Below, piece by piece: positions 51,325 to 61,655 of a stretch of DNA of 64,000 nt. Position numbers and translations under genes: made by a program. Each line of letters starts with the position of its first letter. The first letter of the stretch is position 1. Source of the stretch: Longimicrobiales bacterium (GTDB taxonomy: Bacteria; Gemmatimonadota; Gemmatimonadetes; Longimicrobiales; Gaopeijiaceae); NCBI GenBank assembly GCA_965219445.1, contig CBDCNQ010000004.1, positions 1,152,001-1,216,000 of the forward strand. The letters are read 5' to 3'. The notes under the pieces are model-generated. The model was not told the DNA's origin. It did no database searches and saw only the letters and a list, made by a program, of their open reading frames with translations.

Positions 51325-52599
51325 TCACTGGGGAAAGATCGCCTGAAGCTTTTGCTCCAACACGTCGAACGAGAAGTGCCTCCGCCCCAGTTCGAAGTTA
51401 TGCTCGGCGATTTCCACCTGGAGTGCCTGATCGTGGACAATCCGGTCGATTTCGGCCACGGCCTCGTCCGTGAGGTTATTGTCCTCCAGCATCACGGTCT
51501 TGAAGCCGTGGCTGCCGATATCCGGCCAGTAAACAGGTTTGTAGTTGTTCACGAAAACGGGCCTCCGGGCGACGACCGCCTCGACAAACGCGTTTCCGAA
51601 GCCCTCGTAGGTGCTGAAATAGGTGCAGGCGACGGCGTGTGCGTAGGCGTCGGCCAGGGAGAAAATCCGCTCGCCCGTACTCGACGATCCCCGGCCGCTG
51701 AGAAGCTTGTGGTGGGCAAAGAGGACCCGGTCTTTCAAACCGTTCCTCCCGATCTGCCCGAGAAGCTCCCTGTAGTAGCCCTTGCGATAATCGTCGGCCG
51801 CGCTCCCGGTGATTACCAATTTGACCTTCGGGTCTTCCAGCCGGTCGACGAGTTCGACGGCAACTTCGATCCCCTTGCGCTGGACAATCCTGGTGATCTG
51901 GAAAAGGGGGATGTCACCTTCCTGTAGCCCTATGCTCCCGGGCAGATGGGCGTTGTACAAATCCTTTTGAGCGAAAGGTTTGTCGAAATCCATCACGTTG
52001 GGCACGACCATGGCATCGATGTCGAACTTCTCCTTGAGAACGCCCTTCTGATTGGAGTTGATCACGGCGTGTCGGGCATTGGAGGTACGCAGGGGGAACG
52101 TCTCTTCGACTATCTGCGTGATTTCGGGAAACGGTGAGGCGTAACGCGAGCCCCGCTCCCAGGAGAAATCGTGGTGATGAATGACGATCGGAAGATCGAG
52201 CAGCTCCGCACAACGCATGATGCCCATGCCCAGCGACAAATGGGCTGGCAAGGACGATGCGTTCTCGACGAGGAGCACCTCGATGCGACAGTCCAGGATC
52301 CACTGGAAAATAGTAGTTGCAACGTGATTGGCGGTCCCGTCAAGGTGACTCAGCAGTCGTTCGGAATCATCCGGTGGAAAGAAAAAGGCCCGGTTCTGCT
52401 CCCATTCGCACTCGGGGGAAAAGAACGAGAGAAACCGAAGGGCCTTCTGGTTCTCCGGTTCAATCACATCCTCTTTGAAATGACCGGAAAGAATGAATAT
52501 CTCGTGCCCCATTTTCTTCAGGACTTCTATCCACTTTTCAGTCTCCAAGGCGACGCCGTCGACGTCCCCGATGCGACCGATGATTATTCCGATTTTCAT
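51325..52599 (-). CDS. GT4 glycosyltransferase, mannosylglucosylglycerate synthase-like
   Basis: DGVALETEKW, HHDFSWER, RIVQRKGIE, EGFGNAFVE. Confidence 0.8.
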   Translation of the reverse strand: MKIGIIIGRIGDVDGVALETEKWIEVLKKMGHEIFILSGHFKEDVIEPENQKALRFLSFFSPECEWEQNRAFFFPPDDSERLLSHLDGTANHVATTIFQWILDCRIEVLLVENASSLPAHLSLGMGIMRCAELLDLPIVIHHHDFSWERGSRYASPFPEITQIVEETFPLRTSNARHAVINSNQKGVLKEKFDIDAMVVPNVMDFDKPFAQKDLYNAHLPGSIGLQEGDIPLFQITRIVQRKGIEVAVELVDRLEDPKVKLVITGSAADDYRKGYYRELLGQIGRNGLKDRVLFAHHKLLSGRGSSSTGERIFSLADAYAHAVACTYFSTYEGFGNAFVEAVVARRPVFVNNYKPVYWPDIGSHGFKTVMLEDNNLTDEAVAEIDRIVHDQALQVEIAEHNFELGRRHFSFDVLEQKLQAIFPQ

Positions 52600-52659
52600 A
52601 TCATTAACTTACTGTGTTGGATCTGAAGTCGCCGCCACGGTGGGCGTCGGGTGGGAGAG

Positions 52660-52900
52660 CGATACGACGGATGAGAGAATGGGATTGTACTGGGTCAGAA
52701 CGCCGACTTTCTGGATGCCTGAGTTGACACAATTGGACAACGCAAAATCGATGATCCGGAATTTCCCGCCAAAGGGTACCGCCGGCTTGGCTCGCCATTC
52801 GGTCAACATTCTCGAGGCGGGAGCCGCGACCGCCGGCGAGGATAAGCGCTACCGTGTCGCGGGTGAGCCGGCTGACGAACCGGGACTGTCTTGCGGGCAT
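52660..52900 (-). pseudogene. glgC: Glucose-1-phosphate adenylyltransferase 5' remnant
   Basis: [10 protein letters not shown], frameshift, [26 protein letters not shown], then truncated. Confidence 0.9.
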
Positions 52901-52983
52901 CTAAAGCTCTTTCACGGGTCGGGATAACGTGAGGGGCAGGACCAAAGCGGTCAACAACGCGGTTCTCTCACGCTTCCGGAGGG

Positions 52984-54180
52984 TTACATCTGACTCGTCA
53001 TGATAAACAACGGCCGTGACCCGAACGTGCTGTACTTCGGCCTGAGCCGCTCGGTGTTGTAGAAGAGGTCCACGTCCACGACCTTCTTCTCCACCACCAA
53101 ATCCACGGGCACCGAGGAGTATACTCCGTTGCGGACCGCCACGAGGAGCCCAACTCTGTTCTCCAGGATGAGGTCCAGCGCCAGGTTTCCGAAGGCCATG
53201 GGTACGATGGAGTCCAGGGCGTCGGGATCCCCGGAGCGCACCAGGTAGCCGAGTCGCTGGTTCACAGTGTTGATCTGCTTCCCGTCGTTGAATTGGGATG
53301 AAATCCGCTTGATGGCTTCCGATAGTCGGTCCCCGATCCCCCCGAGCTTCTTGTGCCCGAACTGGTCGGTCTCATCGGTGGAGAAGACCATCGCCTCCTG
53401 CCCCACCATGGTGGAGCCCTCGGACACCAGGACCACCGAGTAGCTGCTCGGATTCCGCGCCCGGTCGTCCGCCAAGAGTTCGGTAAGCAGGGCGGGATCG
53501 ACGGGATACTCTGGGATCACGCACCGGTCCGCCGCTCCGGCCATAGTGGGAAGCATCGCCGTGAACCCTGCGTACCGACCGAAGACCTCGATGACCAGGA
53601 TCCGCTCGTGGGACCCTGCCGATGTGCGCAGCCGATGGGTCAACTCGATGGTTCGGGTCACGCAGGTGCTGAAGCCGATGCAGTAGTCGGTGCCCGGGAC
53701 GTCGTTGTCCATGGTCTTGGGAATGGCCACCACCTTCACCCCCTCCCGGTGGAGGTGGTACGCGTACGACAGGGTGTCGTCACCCCCGATGGGGATGAGG
53801 TAGTCCACACCCAGGAAGTCCAGGTTCTTCAGGATGTCCGGCGTGAGGTCGTTGATCTCGTCCTGGTACTTATCCTTCAGGTGCTCCGGCACGAATGCCT
53901 TCGGCAGATGGCTCGCCCGCGTCCGGGACGTGTGCAGGAACGTGCCGCCGGTTCGACCGGCCCGCTGGACGATCTCGGAGGTGATTTCGACGACACAGGC
54001 CGAGTTGTCGGCGTCCTTGTCGGGCACGAGGTCCGCCAGGCCTCGCCACCCGCGACGGATCCCGAGCACGCGGTAGCCCTCCCTCAGCGCTCGCATCGTG
54101 ACGGCTCGGATGGCCGGATTCAGGCCAGGTACATCGCCGCCGCCCGTGAGAATGCCAATGGTTCCCTTTGCACGAGCCAT
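52984..54180 (-). CDS. pfkA: 6-phosphofructokinase, probably PPi-dependent
   Basis: TGGGDVPGLN, GGDDT, PKTMDND, EVFGR. Confidence 0.9.
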   Translation of the reverse strand: MARAKGTIGILTGGGDVPGLNPAIRAVTMRALREGYRVLGIRRGWRGLADLVPDKDADNSACVVEITSEIVQRAGRTGGTFLHTSRTRASHLPKAFVPEHLKDKYQDEINDLTPDILKNLDFLGVDYLIPIGGDDTLSYAYHLHREGVKVVAIPKTMDNDVPGTDYCIGFSTCVTRTIELTHRLRTSAGSHERILVIEVFGRYAGFTAMLPTMAGAADRCVIPEYPVDPALLTELLADDRARNPSSYSVVLVSEGSTMVGQEAMVFSTDETDQFGHKKLGGIGDRLSEAIKRISSQFNDGKQINTVNQRLGYLVRSGDPDALDSIVPMAFGNLALDLILENRVGLLVAVRNGVYSSVPVDLVVEKKVVDVDLFYNTERLRPKYSTFGSRPLFIMTSQM

Positions 54181-54311
54181 ATAGGACTTCCCCCTGAATC
54201 TCGGATGCGTAGAATCGTCGTACGGGAATGGCGGCGCAACGGTTGAGTTCAGCGAGGGCTACTGGTGGCGTACTACTTGGTTGAAGCAGTGGCTAAGGGA
54301 AGAGGACTATT

Positions 54312-55566
54312 TGGAGTTGGCCCCGCACGGTGGACGGTTTTGGACTAGAGATTCACGCGGCGGGGGCGTGTTCCTTTTCGTAGTTAAGAGGAGACAATTG
54401 GCCGAGGGCAGAGTGCCGTCGGTGGGGATTGTACCAGGCTTCGATGAAGTCGAACACGGCCATCCTGGCCTCGGCCTGATTGCGGAAGCTCTTTCGTTCG
54501 ATGAGTTCGGTCTCGAGCGTGGCGAAGAAGCTCTCGCACATCGCGTTATCGTACGCGTCGCCGACCGAGCCCATCGAGGGTCGGACGCTGGCCTCTTTGC
54601 AGCGTAGGCCGAAGGCGATCGAGGTGTACTGGGTACCCTGATCGCTATGATGGATGACACCGTTCGGTCGTCGTTGCTGCAGCGCCATGTTCAGCGCGTC
54701 GAGCACGAGATCGGTCTTGAGATGCGTCTTCATCGACCATCCGACCACATGGCGGCTCCACGCATCGACGACGACTGACAGGTACAAGAAGCCGCTCCAG
54801 GTCGGCACGTAGGTGATGTCGGCAACCCAGAGCTGGTCCGGGCCGTGCACACTGAAGTCGCGCGCGACGAGATCGGGGGCAGGTCGAGCATCTCTGTTTC
54901 GCTTCGTCGTGCGCCACTTCCTTCGCCGCGTAGCGCCTTGTAGTCCTGCCAGCCTCATCAGACGACGCACCCGCTTGTGGTTGACCTGCCAGCCGTCGTC
55001 CCTGAGCTCGGCGTACATCCGTGGCTGGCCATACGTCTCACGGCTGAACGTGTGGATCTCACGCATCCGACCTAGCAGTCGCTCGTTCTCGACCGCGCGA
55101 TGCGATGGAGGACGCTTTCTCCATGCGTAGTACCCGCTGGGCGAGACGCTCAGGACTTCGCACATCATCTGCACGCTGAACTCGGCCTGGTTGGCCCTCA
55201 CGAACTCGAACGCTTCGGGGGCACCGAGTCGGACTCCTGAGCGAACCAGGCCGCGGCTTTTTTTAGGATCTCCCGCTCGACACGAAGCCGCTTGTTCTCA
55301 CGCCGAAGCTCGCGGAGCTCCTCGCGCTCTGACGACGTCAGGCCGTCGCTTCTGACTCCCGTGTCGAGGTCCGTCTGCTTCACCCAATTGTGGATCGTCT
55401 GCGCTGTGGGCTCAAACTCCCGACTCAGCTCCTCAGGCGTGCGACCTGCTTTGACCAGCTCCACCATCTGCTGGCGGAACTCCAACGAATACGGCGGTCT
55501 CGTTCTTGGCATCGTGGACTCCTCTCTCTAAAGAGAATAGGTGTCCACCGTCAGGGGCTAACTCCA
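54312..55566 (-). mobile_element. Intact IS3-family element with ATT target duplication
   Basis: IRs TGGAGTT(G/A)GCCCC..ACGGTGGAC; orfA 55198-55512; A7G slip site; orfB to 54353 with WVADITY, HSDQG, ESFF. Confidence 0.95.
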
Positions 55567-55684
55567 ATTGTTCTCCACCACTCGCCCAGGAACGCGCTAC
55601 CTGGAGGCACTCTGGGGGCGTAGAACCATCGATCAGAATCGGCGCCTCGCTCTAGCCGTTCATGCGTATGTGGACGGCCGCTCA

Positions 55685-55735
55685 TGAGGGTCCGGGGAGA
55701 TAGGTAACAGATTGAGTCCGGGAGATAGGTAACAG
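55685..55735. repeat. Tandem GTCCGGG(G)AGATAGGTAACAG repeat, orphan IS481-like end
   Basis: Two copies 5 bp apart after a TG terminus; no transposase nearby. Confidence 0.5.
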
Positions 55736-55902
55736 TTTTCTAAGTTTTTGGGTGACGCATCACAAGGCCTCGGGAGTCAGTGATGCGACCGATTTTTTCG
55801 AAAAACCTTCCGAGCAAACGCCCACCCCCTCCGTTGGGAATAACCACAAAGCCACCAGAAACGCTTGCCTGTAGGCGCAGACGAGGCGCATCTTGTCCGC
55901 AC

Positions 55903-55992
55903 ATGTCCGACCCCATCACCCGCCTGAACGCAGCCCTCGAAGGCCGCTACGCCATCGAGCGTGAGCTAGGCGAGGGCGGCATGGCCACGGTG
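55903..55992 (+). pseudogene. Ser/Thr kinase 5' stub 2
   Basis: MSDPITRLNAALEGRYAIERELGEGGMATV. Confidence 0.85.
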
Positions 55993-56029
55993 ATGGCTAC
56001 GCCGAATCGATCTATGTCAGGAGGCAATA

Positions 56030-56992
56030 GTGAATAGAAAGTCTTGGTTTGCAGCGGTCGGCGTCACTTCGCTCCTGGCGGTAAGTACACCAAGTCCGTC
56101 TGAGGCGCAGACGCCGAACTACACACGGTTCGTCGAGGTGGCCAACGGGTACCGGCTCATACCGAACGTCACCTATCTCCGGGCCGGCGGCCAGGACCTC
56201 AAGCTCGACGTGTACCAGCCGCGGGGGCTGTCGGCGCCAAATCCGACGCTCATCTACTATCACGGAGGCGGCTGGACCAACGGCAGCAAGGAGGGCTCCG
56301 CGCTCACTTTCTTGCCCTACCTCGAGATGGGCTGGACAGTGGTGAATGTGGCGTACCGGCTGGCTGACGTCGCGCACGCGCCCGCGGCGGTCGAGGACTG
56401 CCGGTGTGCGCTGCGATGGGTCTACCGAAACGCCGAGCAGTACGGGTTCGACACAGACGAGATCGTCGTGACTGGCAACTCGGCCGGGGGTCATTTGGCG
56501 CTCATCACCGGATTCCTCCCCGAGTCCGCCGGACTCGACCGTCAGTGCCCTGGTGACCGCAACCGGACGTGGTCGACCGGCACGACATCGACCGACGAGC
56601 TGAAGGTCGCGGCGGTCGTCAACTGGTACGGAATCACCGATGTGTACGACCTCGCCCACCGTCCGGCGGGCATCTCTGGGTCGTTTACCGAGGCCTGGCT
56701 AGGAAGCGCGTCGGACCGTGACGAAGTCGCGAGGCGTGTGTCACCGATGGAATACATGCGGAGGGACCTGCCGCCGGTTATCAGCATTCATGGCGACTCC
56801 GACCCGATCGTGCCCTACGACCAGGGCACCCGTCTGCACGAGGCGCTCGACGACGCGGGGGTCCCCAATAAGCTGGTGACGGTCCAAGGCGGTGGTCACG
56901 GTGGGTTCACGAGCGAGGAAAACGTGAGGATCTACAACGCGATACTTGATTTCCTTAGGACGCACGACCTCATGGAGACATCGAACAACTAA
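56030..56992 (+). CDS. Exported alpha/beta hydrolase (HSL-like esterase)
   Basis: HGGGW, GNSAG, HGDSD, GGH. Confidence 0.92.
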   Translation: MNRKSWFAAVGVTSLLAVSTPSPSEAQTPNYTRFVEVANGYRLIPNVTYLRAGGQDLKLDVYQPRGLSAPNPTLIYYHGGGWTNGSKEGSALTFLPYLEMGWTVVNVAYRLADVAHAPAAVEDCRCALRWVYRNAEQYGFDTDEIVVTGNSAGGHLALITGFLPESAGLDRQCPGDRNRTWSTGTTSTDELKVAAVVNWYGITDVYDLAHRPAGISGSFTEAWLGSASDRDEVARRVSPMEYMRRDLPPVISIHGDSDPIVPYDQGTRLHEALDDAGVPNKLVTVQGGGHGGFTSEENVRIYNAILDFLRTHDLMETSNN

Positions 56993-57003
56993 TCGCTAGG
57001 ACG

Positions 57004-57172
57004 ATGACCGACCCGATCACCCGCCTGAACGCAGCCCTCGAAGGCCGCTACGCCATCGAGGGCGAGCTGGGCGAGGGCGGCATGGCAATGGTCTACCTGG
57101 CCGATGATCTCAAGCACGAGCGCAAGGTCGCGCTGAAGGTACTCAAGCCTGAGTTAGCCGCCGTGGTCGGGG
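57004..57172 (+). pseudogene. Ser/Thr kinase 5' stub 3
   Basis: G-loop GEGGMA and VALKVL, ends after ELAAVVGA. Confidence 0.88.
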
Positions 57173-57262
57173 CCGCGGCCCGTGGGGACCTACTCGCCAA
57201 CCCGTGCCCCTATTCACCTAGATCCTTGCCGTCCCACACGCCTTAGACACCTGTTGTCCGCA

Positions 57263-57321
57263 ATGTCTGACACCCTCACCCGCCCGAACGCTCGAAGGCC
57301 GCTACGCCCTCAAGCGTGAGT
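57263..57321 (+). pseudogene. Ser/Thr kinase 5' stub 4 (decayed)
   Basis: ATGTCTGACACCCTCACCCGCCCGAACG-CTCGAAGGCCGCTACGCC, aligns to stub 2 with a small deletion. Confidence 0.75.
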
Positions 57322-57481
57322 TACGAAAGTGGACGCACAGATCAAACGAATCGTAGTGCTCGCGAATTCCATCAAGAAGTGCGGTCGATGCATAGCTGAG
57401 CGCGAGGTGGCCGCCGAGCCCCGGTGCGCCAGTGATGGAAGACGTGGAGGCCGGAACAGATGTCCGAGCATCGGGCCTACG

Positions 57482-59686
57482 TCATAGCTCGCCCAGCCGG
57501 AAGACGTACATCGCGTTGTGCCTGTTACCAGGCGGAATCAGGATCTCGGGCGCGAGGAAGGTCGAAACCCGCCATGGGCTCCCTCCAATCACGCCAGTGG
57601 GTACGGCGAGGTACTGCACCCCGTCGACCTCGTAAGTAGTCGGAAAGCCCTGAACCGCGGTGCCCAAGCGGCTCTCCCACAACGTCTCACCGGTCGTGAC
57701 GTCATACGCCCGAACCCGTCGGTCATAATCGCCAGCGAAGGCGAGCCCCCCAGCGGTAGTGAGAATCGAGGTCAGGAATGGAGCTCGCTGCTCCACGCTC
57801 CACACCTCCTCCAGTGTCCTGACATCGTAGGCGGCGAGCTTTCCGAGGTTCCCATTCGTTCCGGGCATTTCCGACCACATCCGACTTTGCCCGGTGCCTC
57901 CGCCCCCCAACACCATGTCGATCTCGCTGGCAACGCTCTCCATGCAGGTCTGGCTGAGCGGGATAACCATCAGGCCGGATTCCGGGTGGTAGCTGGTCGC
58001 ATGCCAATTTTTCCCCCCGGCCGTGGAGGGGCAGACCGAAACCCACTCGCCGACCTGTGCATCGCGGATGTCCGGCCGATACGTGCTCGTACCGGTCTCA
58101 TAGTTCAGGTCCAGAATGTTTTGAAAGACGGTCTCCCTCAGGCCAAGAAACCGACCGTCGCGGCGGTCCAGCTTCCAGAGGATGCCGTGCTTTCCAATCT
58201 GAAAGAGCGTTGGCTGGCCATCGATGTCGATCAGCACCTGCTCCATCGCCTCGTCCATATCGAGGGACTCGTCCGGAACGTACTGCCGGTACCATACGAT
58301 ACGTCCGGTGTTCTCATCTAACGCCAGCGTCGAGCTGCTGTATAGGATCGAATCCGCCTCGGTCCGGACGGTCCCCCGACTCACCGGCGCCCGCGGCTTC
58401 ATTTGGGATGCGCCGAAGTACACTAGCCCCAACTCCGGATCGTAGCTCCCGATATTCCAGACGTCGCCCCCGCCACGCAGCTCAAAAGGAAGTCCACCCC
58501 ACGTGTTTCCGCCGGGCTCGCCTGGGCGCGCGATCGTGAAAGTGCGCCAGAGCTCATCCCCGAACCGGGCATCGTGCGCGGTGATGAAGCAGCTCTCCGG
58601 GATCAAACGGGTACAGCCGTTGATGCCATTGATGATCTTGCCGTTGGCGATGACAGGGCCGCTCGAGTTCTCGTAGCCCAGGTTCGGCTCGGCGAGCTTG
58701 GCTTCCCACCGAAGCACACCGGTCCGGGCATCCAGAGCGATCACTTGGGCATCGTTGGTGGACACGTAGATCATGTCCTCCCAAATCGCCAGGGTCCGAA
58801 CCCGGCCGCGACCGCGACTCATGCCCTCGGGGAAACTTCGACGGTACTCCCAGAGAAGGTCTCCCGTGGCGGCGTCGAGCGCCTGAATCGTGTTGCCCCA
58901 ATTCGGCAGGAACATGACTCCGTCTCGAATCAACGGCGCCGGCTGACTCCGAGTTCCATCCTCCATCCCCCAGACCCAGACGAGCTCGAGGCGATGGACA
59001 TTCTCAGTGCTGATCTGACTCAGCGGGCTATAGCCCCACGAGCCCAGGTTTCCCCGGGGGCTGAGCCATTCGCCGTCTGGTGGGTTTCTGAGCTCTGCGT
59101 CGGTAACCGGCGTGAACCCTTCCAATCTTCTATACGTCCGGGTAACCCCGGTGGGAGTCTCGGACAGCCCGCCATATGGAGGAACGGCGTTTCTGCCCCC
59201 TGGCGAGGGGATCGAACCCGCAACACCAGGAATGGGCGTGGTGCCGCCGGCGGCCAGCACGGCCCCCTCGGCCATCGCCAATCCCCCCTCCGACGCGAAG
59301 CTCAAGGGAGTCGTGCCCGGGTCGACTCCGTTCTGGCTCATGATGTACGCGGTTATGGCGGAGTACTCCTCGTCGCTCAGCGACCCTTCACCTCCGGGCG
59401 GCATGGAAGAGCGTATGTAGAGCAGCACCTGTGAGACGGGCCGGCCCCCCCAGGTGTTACGGAAGTTGGTTCCCGCGAGCTGGGGCGCGGTGCCGCCCTG
59501 CAGATCAGTGAGATGGCAGGCGGCGCACGCCGCCTGATAAATTGAAGCCCCACTATTCGCCTGCTGATCCGTATAGGAGGCCTGTTGAGCAAAAGCCGCG
59601 GACCGCGGAACGAACACACCGGCGAACACCGCCAGAGCGACCGAGGTGATGCGTACCAACCTGGGTCGTCGGTTCACTCGTTTCAT
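57482..59686 (-). CDS. PQQ-dependent dehydrogenase family protein with N-terminal cytochrome c (paralog of 11019-13166)
   Basis: [23 protein letters not shown], propeller repeats. Confidence 0.9.
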   Translation of the reverse strand: MKRVNRRPRLVRITSVALAVFAGVFVPRSAAFAQQASYTDQQANSGASIYQAACAACHLTDLQGGTAPQLAGTNFRNTWGGRPVSQVLLYIRSSMPPGGEGSLSDEEYSAITAYIMSQNGVDPGTTPLSFASEGGLAMAEGAVLAAGGTTPIPGVAGSIPSPGGRNAVPPYGGLSETPTGVTRTYRRLEGFTPVTDAELRNPPDGEWLSPRGNLGSWGYSPLSQISTENVHRLELVWVWGMEDGTRSQPAPLIRDGVMFLPNWGNTIQALDAATGDLLWEYRRSFPEGMSRGRGRVRTLAIWEDMIYVSTNDAQVIALDARTGVLRWEAKLAEPNLGYENSSGPVIANGKIINGINGCTRLIPESCFITAHDARFGDELWRTFTIARPGEPGGNTWGGLPFELRGGGDVWNIGSYDPELGLVYFGASQMKPRAPVSRGTVRTEADSILYSSSTLALDENTGRIVWYRQYVPDESLDMDEAMEQVLIDIDGQPTLFQIGKHGILWKLDRRDGRFLGLRETVFQNILDLNYETGTSTYRPDIRDAQVGEWVSVCPSTAGGKNWHATSYHPESGLMVIPLSQTCMESVASEIDMVLGGGGTGQSRMWSEMPGTNGNLGKLAAYDVRTLEEVWSVEQRAPFLTSILTTAGGLAFAGDYDRRVRAYDVTTGETLWESRLGTAVQGFPTTYEVDGVQYLAVPTGVIGGSPWRVSTFLAPEILIPPGNRHNAMYVFRLGEL

Positions 59687-59825
59687 CACTTCACTCCTAA
59701 CCGGTAGCGGTGGCGCTGAGGGTGTCGGCCGTAGACGAGAACTTGAAGATCCCCTCGGGGGGATTGGGCCCCGGGGGGATCCCCAGTCATGGCTCGGGCG
59801 AAAGGTTGACCCGCGTGCGAGCGGG

Positions 59826-61016
59826 TCATAGGGGTAGGTAGATCGCCTCTCCTGTCCGGGCACTGCGATAGACGGCCTCGGTAAACTCCATGTAATGGAC
59901 GCCCGTTTCGAAAGGCACCATCGTAATCTCCTCGATGCCGCGGATCGCGTTGATGAACTCCTCCTCGACGCGGGAATACGCCTGTTCCTCCCGGGGGTTG
60001 GGCACGGGAGAGAGCTCGGAGTCGCCCTGGCGCCCCGCGAAGACATTCATCCGCTCGTCGACGTGGAGCGTGCCTTCCGTTCCGTAGATCCAGGTCTGAT
60101 TCCCGTTCGAGAGGCCCGTCGAGGCACTGAACCTCATGTGGACTTGAGCCCCGTTCATCAGTTCATACATGATATCCACGTGATCGGGGATGGTCACTGA
60201 GGTCAGTTGACCGCGATTGTCGTATCGGTAAGGAACGTGGACCTTGGACATCGCCATGACCCGGGTGCCCCGGCCCAACCAGCGGATCATCGACTCCTTG
60301 GTTGAACCGATATTCAGGGAGTTCATTCCGCTGAACTGGCGGTCATGGCGCCAGCTCAAATCACCGCCGGTATCGGCGAATCCCCCGGGTCCCGTTCTGG
60401 CGCCCGTCTGCAAGCGCTGGATCTCGACCGAGAGCACTTCCCCAAGATATCCTTCGCCGATCAGCCGCTTGATCACATTGTCGATCCGGTAGCTCGTCGA
60501 CGTCGGCACCAACTGGCTCACCAGCTCAGGGTGGCGTAGCGAGGCCTCGAGCATGTCTCGAGCTTCCTGCCCCGTGTTTGCCATGCGTGCTTGGCACAGC
60601 ACATGTTTGCCAGCCTCGAGGGTGGCCAGCGTAAGGGTGCGGTGCATATACGGCCACGTCCCGATAAGGACCGCATCTACGCCGTCATCGTCCAGCAACT
60701 CTTCCCAACCGCCGTACGGCCTCGGAATATCGAACTCGTCCGTGACTCGCTGGCTAGACTCAAGACTGCGATTCGCCACCGCAACTACCTCGCATCCCGC
60801 GATACGTCGAAAGGCCGGAAGCATCACGTTACGAACGTTCGCACCCGCCCCGATGATCCCGACACGGATCGTACTCTGTACAGACCGCCTCCTCGTCGCC
60901 CTCTCGGAGCCGAACTCGGTGGCTTCGGCGGCAGCCACAAGCGGGAGAGCTCCCACGGAAAGAAACTCTCGGCGATTCAGTCCCCCAGCAGCTTGGCTAT
61001 CGAATCCGTCGCTCAT
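59826..61016 (-). CDS. Tat-exported Gfo/Idh/MocA oxidoreductase
   Basis: [22 protein letters not shown]. Confidence 0.88.
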   Translation of the reverse strand: MSDGFDSQAAGGLNRREFLSVGALPLVAAAEATEFGSERATRRRSVQSTIRVGIIGAGANVRNVMLPAFRRIAGCEVVAVANRSLESSQRVTDEFDIPRPYGGWEELLDDDGVDAVLIGTWPYMHRTLTLATLEAGKHVLCQARMANTGQEARDMLEASLRHPELVSQLVPTSTSYRIDNVIKRLIGEGYLGEVLSVEIQRLQTGARTGPGGFADTGGDLSWRHDRQFSGMNSLNIGSTKESMIRWLGRGTRVMAMSKVHVPYRYDNRGQLTSVTIPDHVDIMYELMNGAQVHMRFSASTGLSNGNQTWIYGTEGTLHVDERMNVFAGRQGDSELSPVPNPREEQAYSRVEEEFINAIRGIEEITMVPFETGVHYMEFTEAVYRSARTGEAIYLPL

Positions 61017-61129
61017 TTCGTCTCTGCCCCCGTAGCGTTAGTGGAGTCCCGAATGAATGCATGACCGGCGAGGTCGTCATCGCGATCAGCGTACCGGGGG
61101 GTCGAGTCGCACGCAAGACTCGACTGACG

Positions 61130-61516
61130 AAGACCACCCCGTTGACGAATTTCGCGGCAAGATTGAGGTTTTCGTGCGTCCTTTTCCCGAAGCGGGCACG
61201 TCCCTACGACAAGTGTCCGTGAATGGGGGGACGGAACCCGTGTGGGCGCACCGCGCGCGAATCGTTCTACCGGAACGGGGCGAACGAACTCGTCGCCGTC
61301 CAGTTGAGCGCGGATTCTTCGTTCGCCTGGGATCGTCAAGACGTCCTGTTTTCCATGGCTGATTACCCGCGGAGCGCACGACACCAGATGTAGGACGTAA
61401 GCCCCGACGATCAGCGGTTCGTGATGTTGCGGTTCGGTGACGCCGAGAACGCCGAGTCCGATGTCTACCTCGTCACCAACTGGTTCGAGGAGCTTCGCCA
61501 GCGGATGGAGAATTGA
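61130..61516 (+). pseudogene. TolB-like propeller C-terminal fragment typical of kinase fusions
   Basis: EVFVRPFP, QVSVNGGTEPVWA, *DVSPDDQRFVM, VTNWFEELRQRM with stop and frameshifts. Confidence 0.75.
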
Positions 61517-61556
61517 CCCCTGAAGCGACCCACTGAAGCACCATCAGGTGTACCCG

Positions 61557-61640
61557 ATTCATTATTCGGGGTGTTTTCCTGAGTTCATCTGAGTGTGGAT
61601 CAGTGCCGTAAGTGTATTCTCCGTTGGCACTTAGGTGAGG
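61557..61640 (+). repeat. Diverged direct repeat of 63372-63455 (att-flanking arm)
   Basis: ATTCATTATT..GTTTTCCTGAGTT..TAAGTGTAT..GTTGGCACTTA in both copies. Confidence 0.8.
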
Positions 61641-61655
61641 CCACTCCTCTGCTCG

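Noticed and set aside
55685..55735. CRISPR array
   Set aside because: Only two repeats, a 5-bp gap and no cas genes
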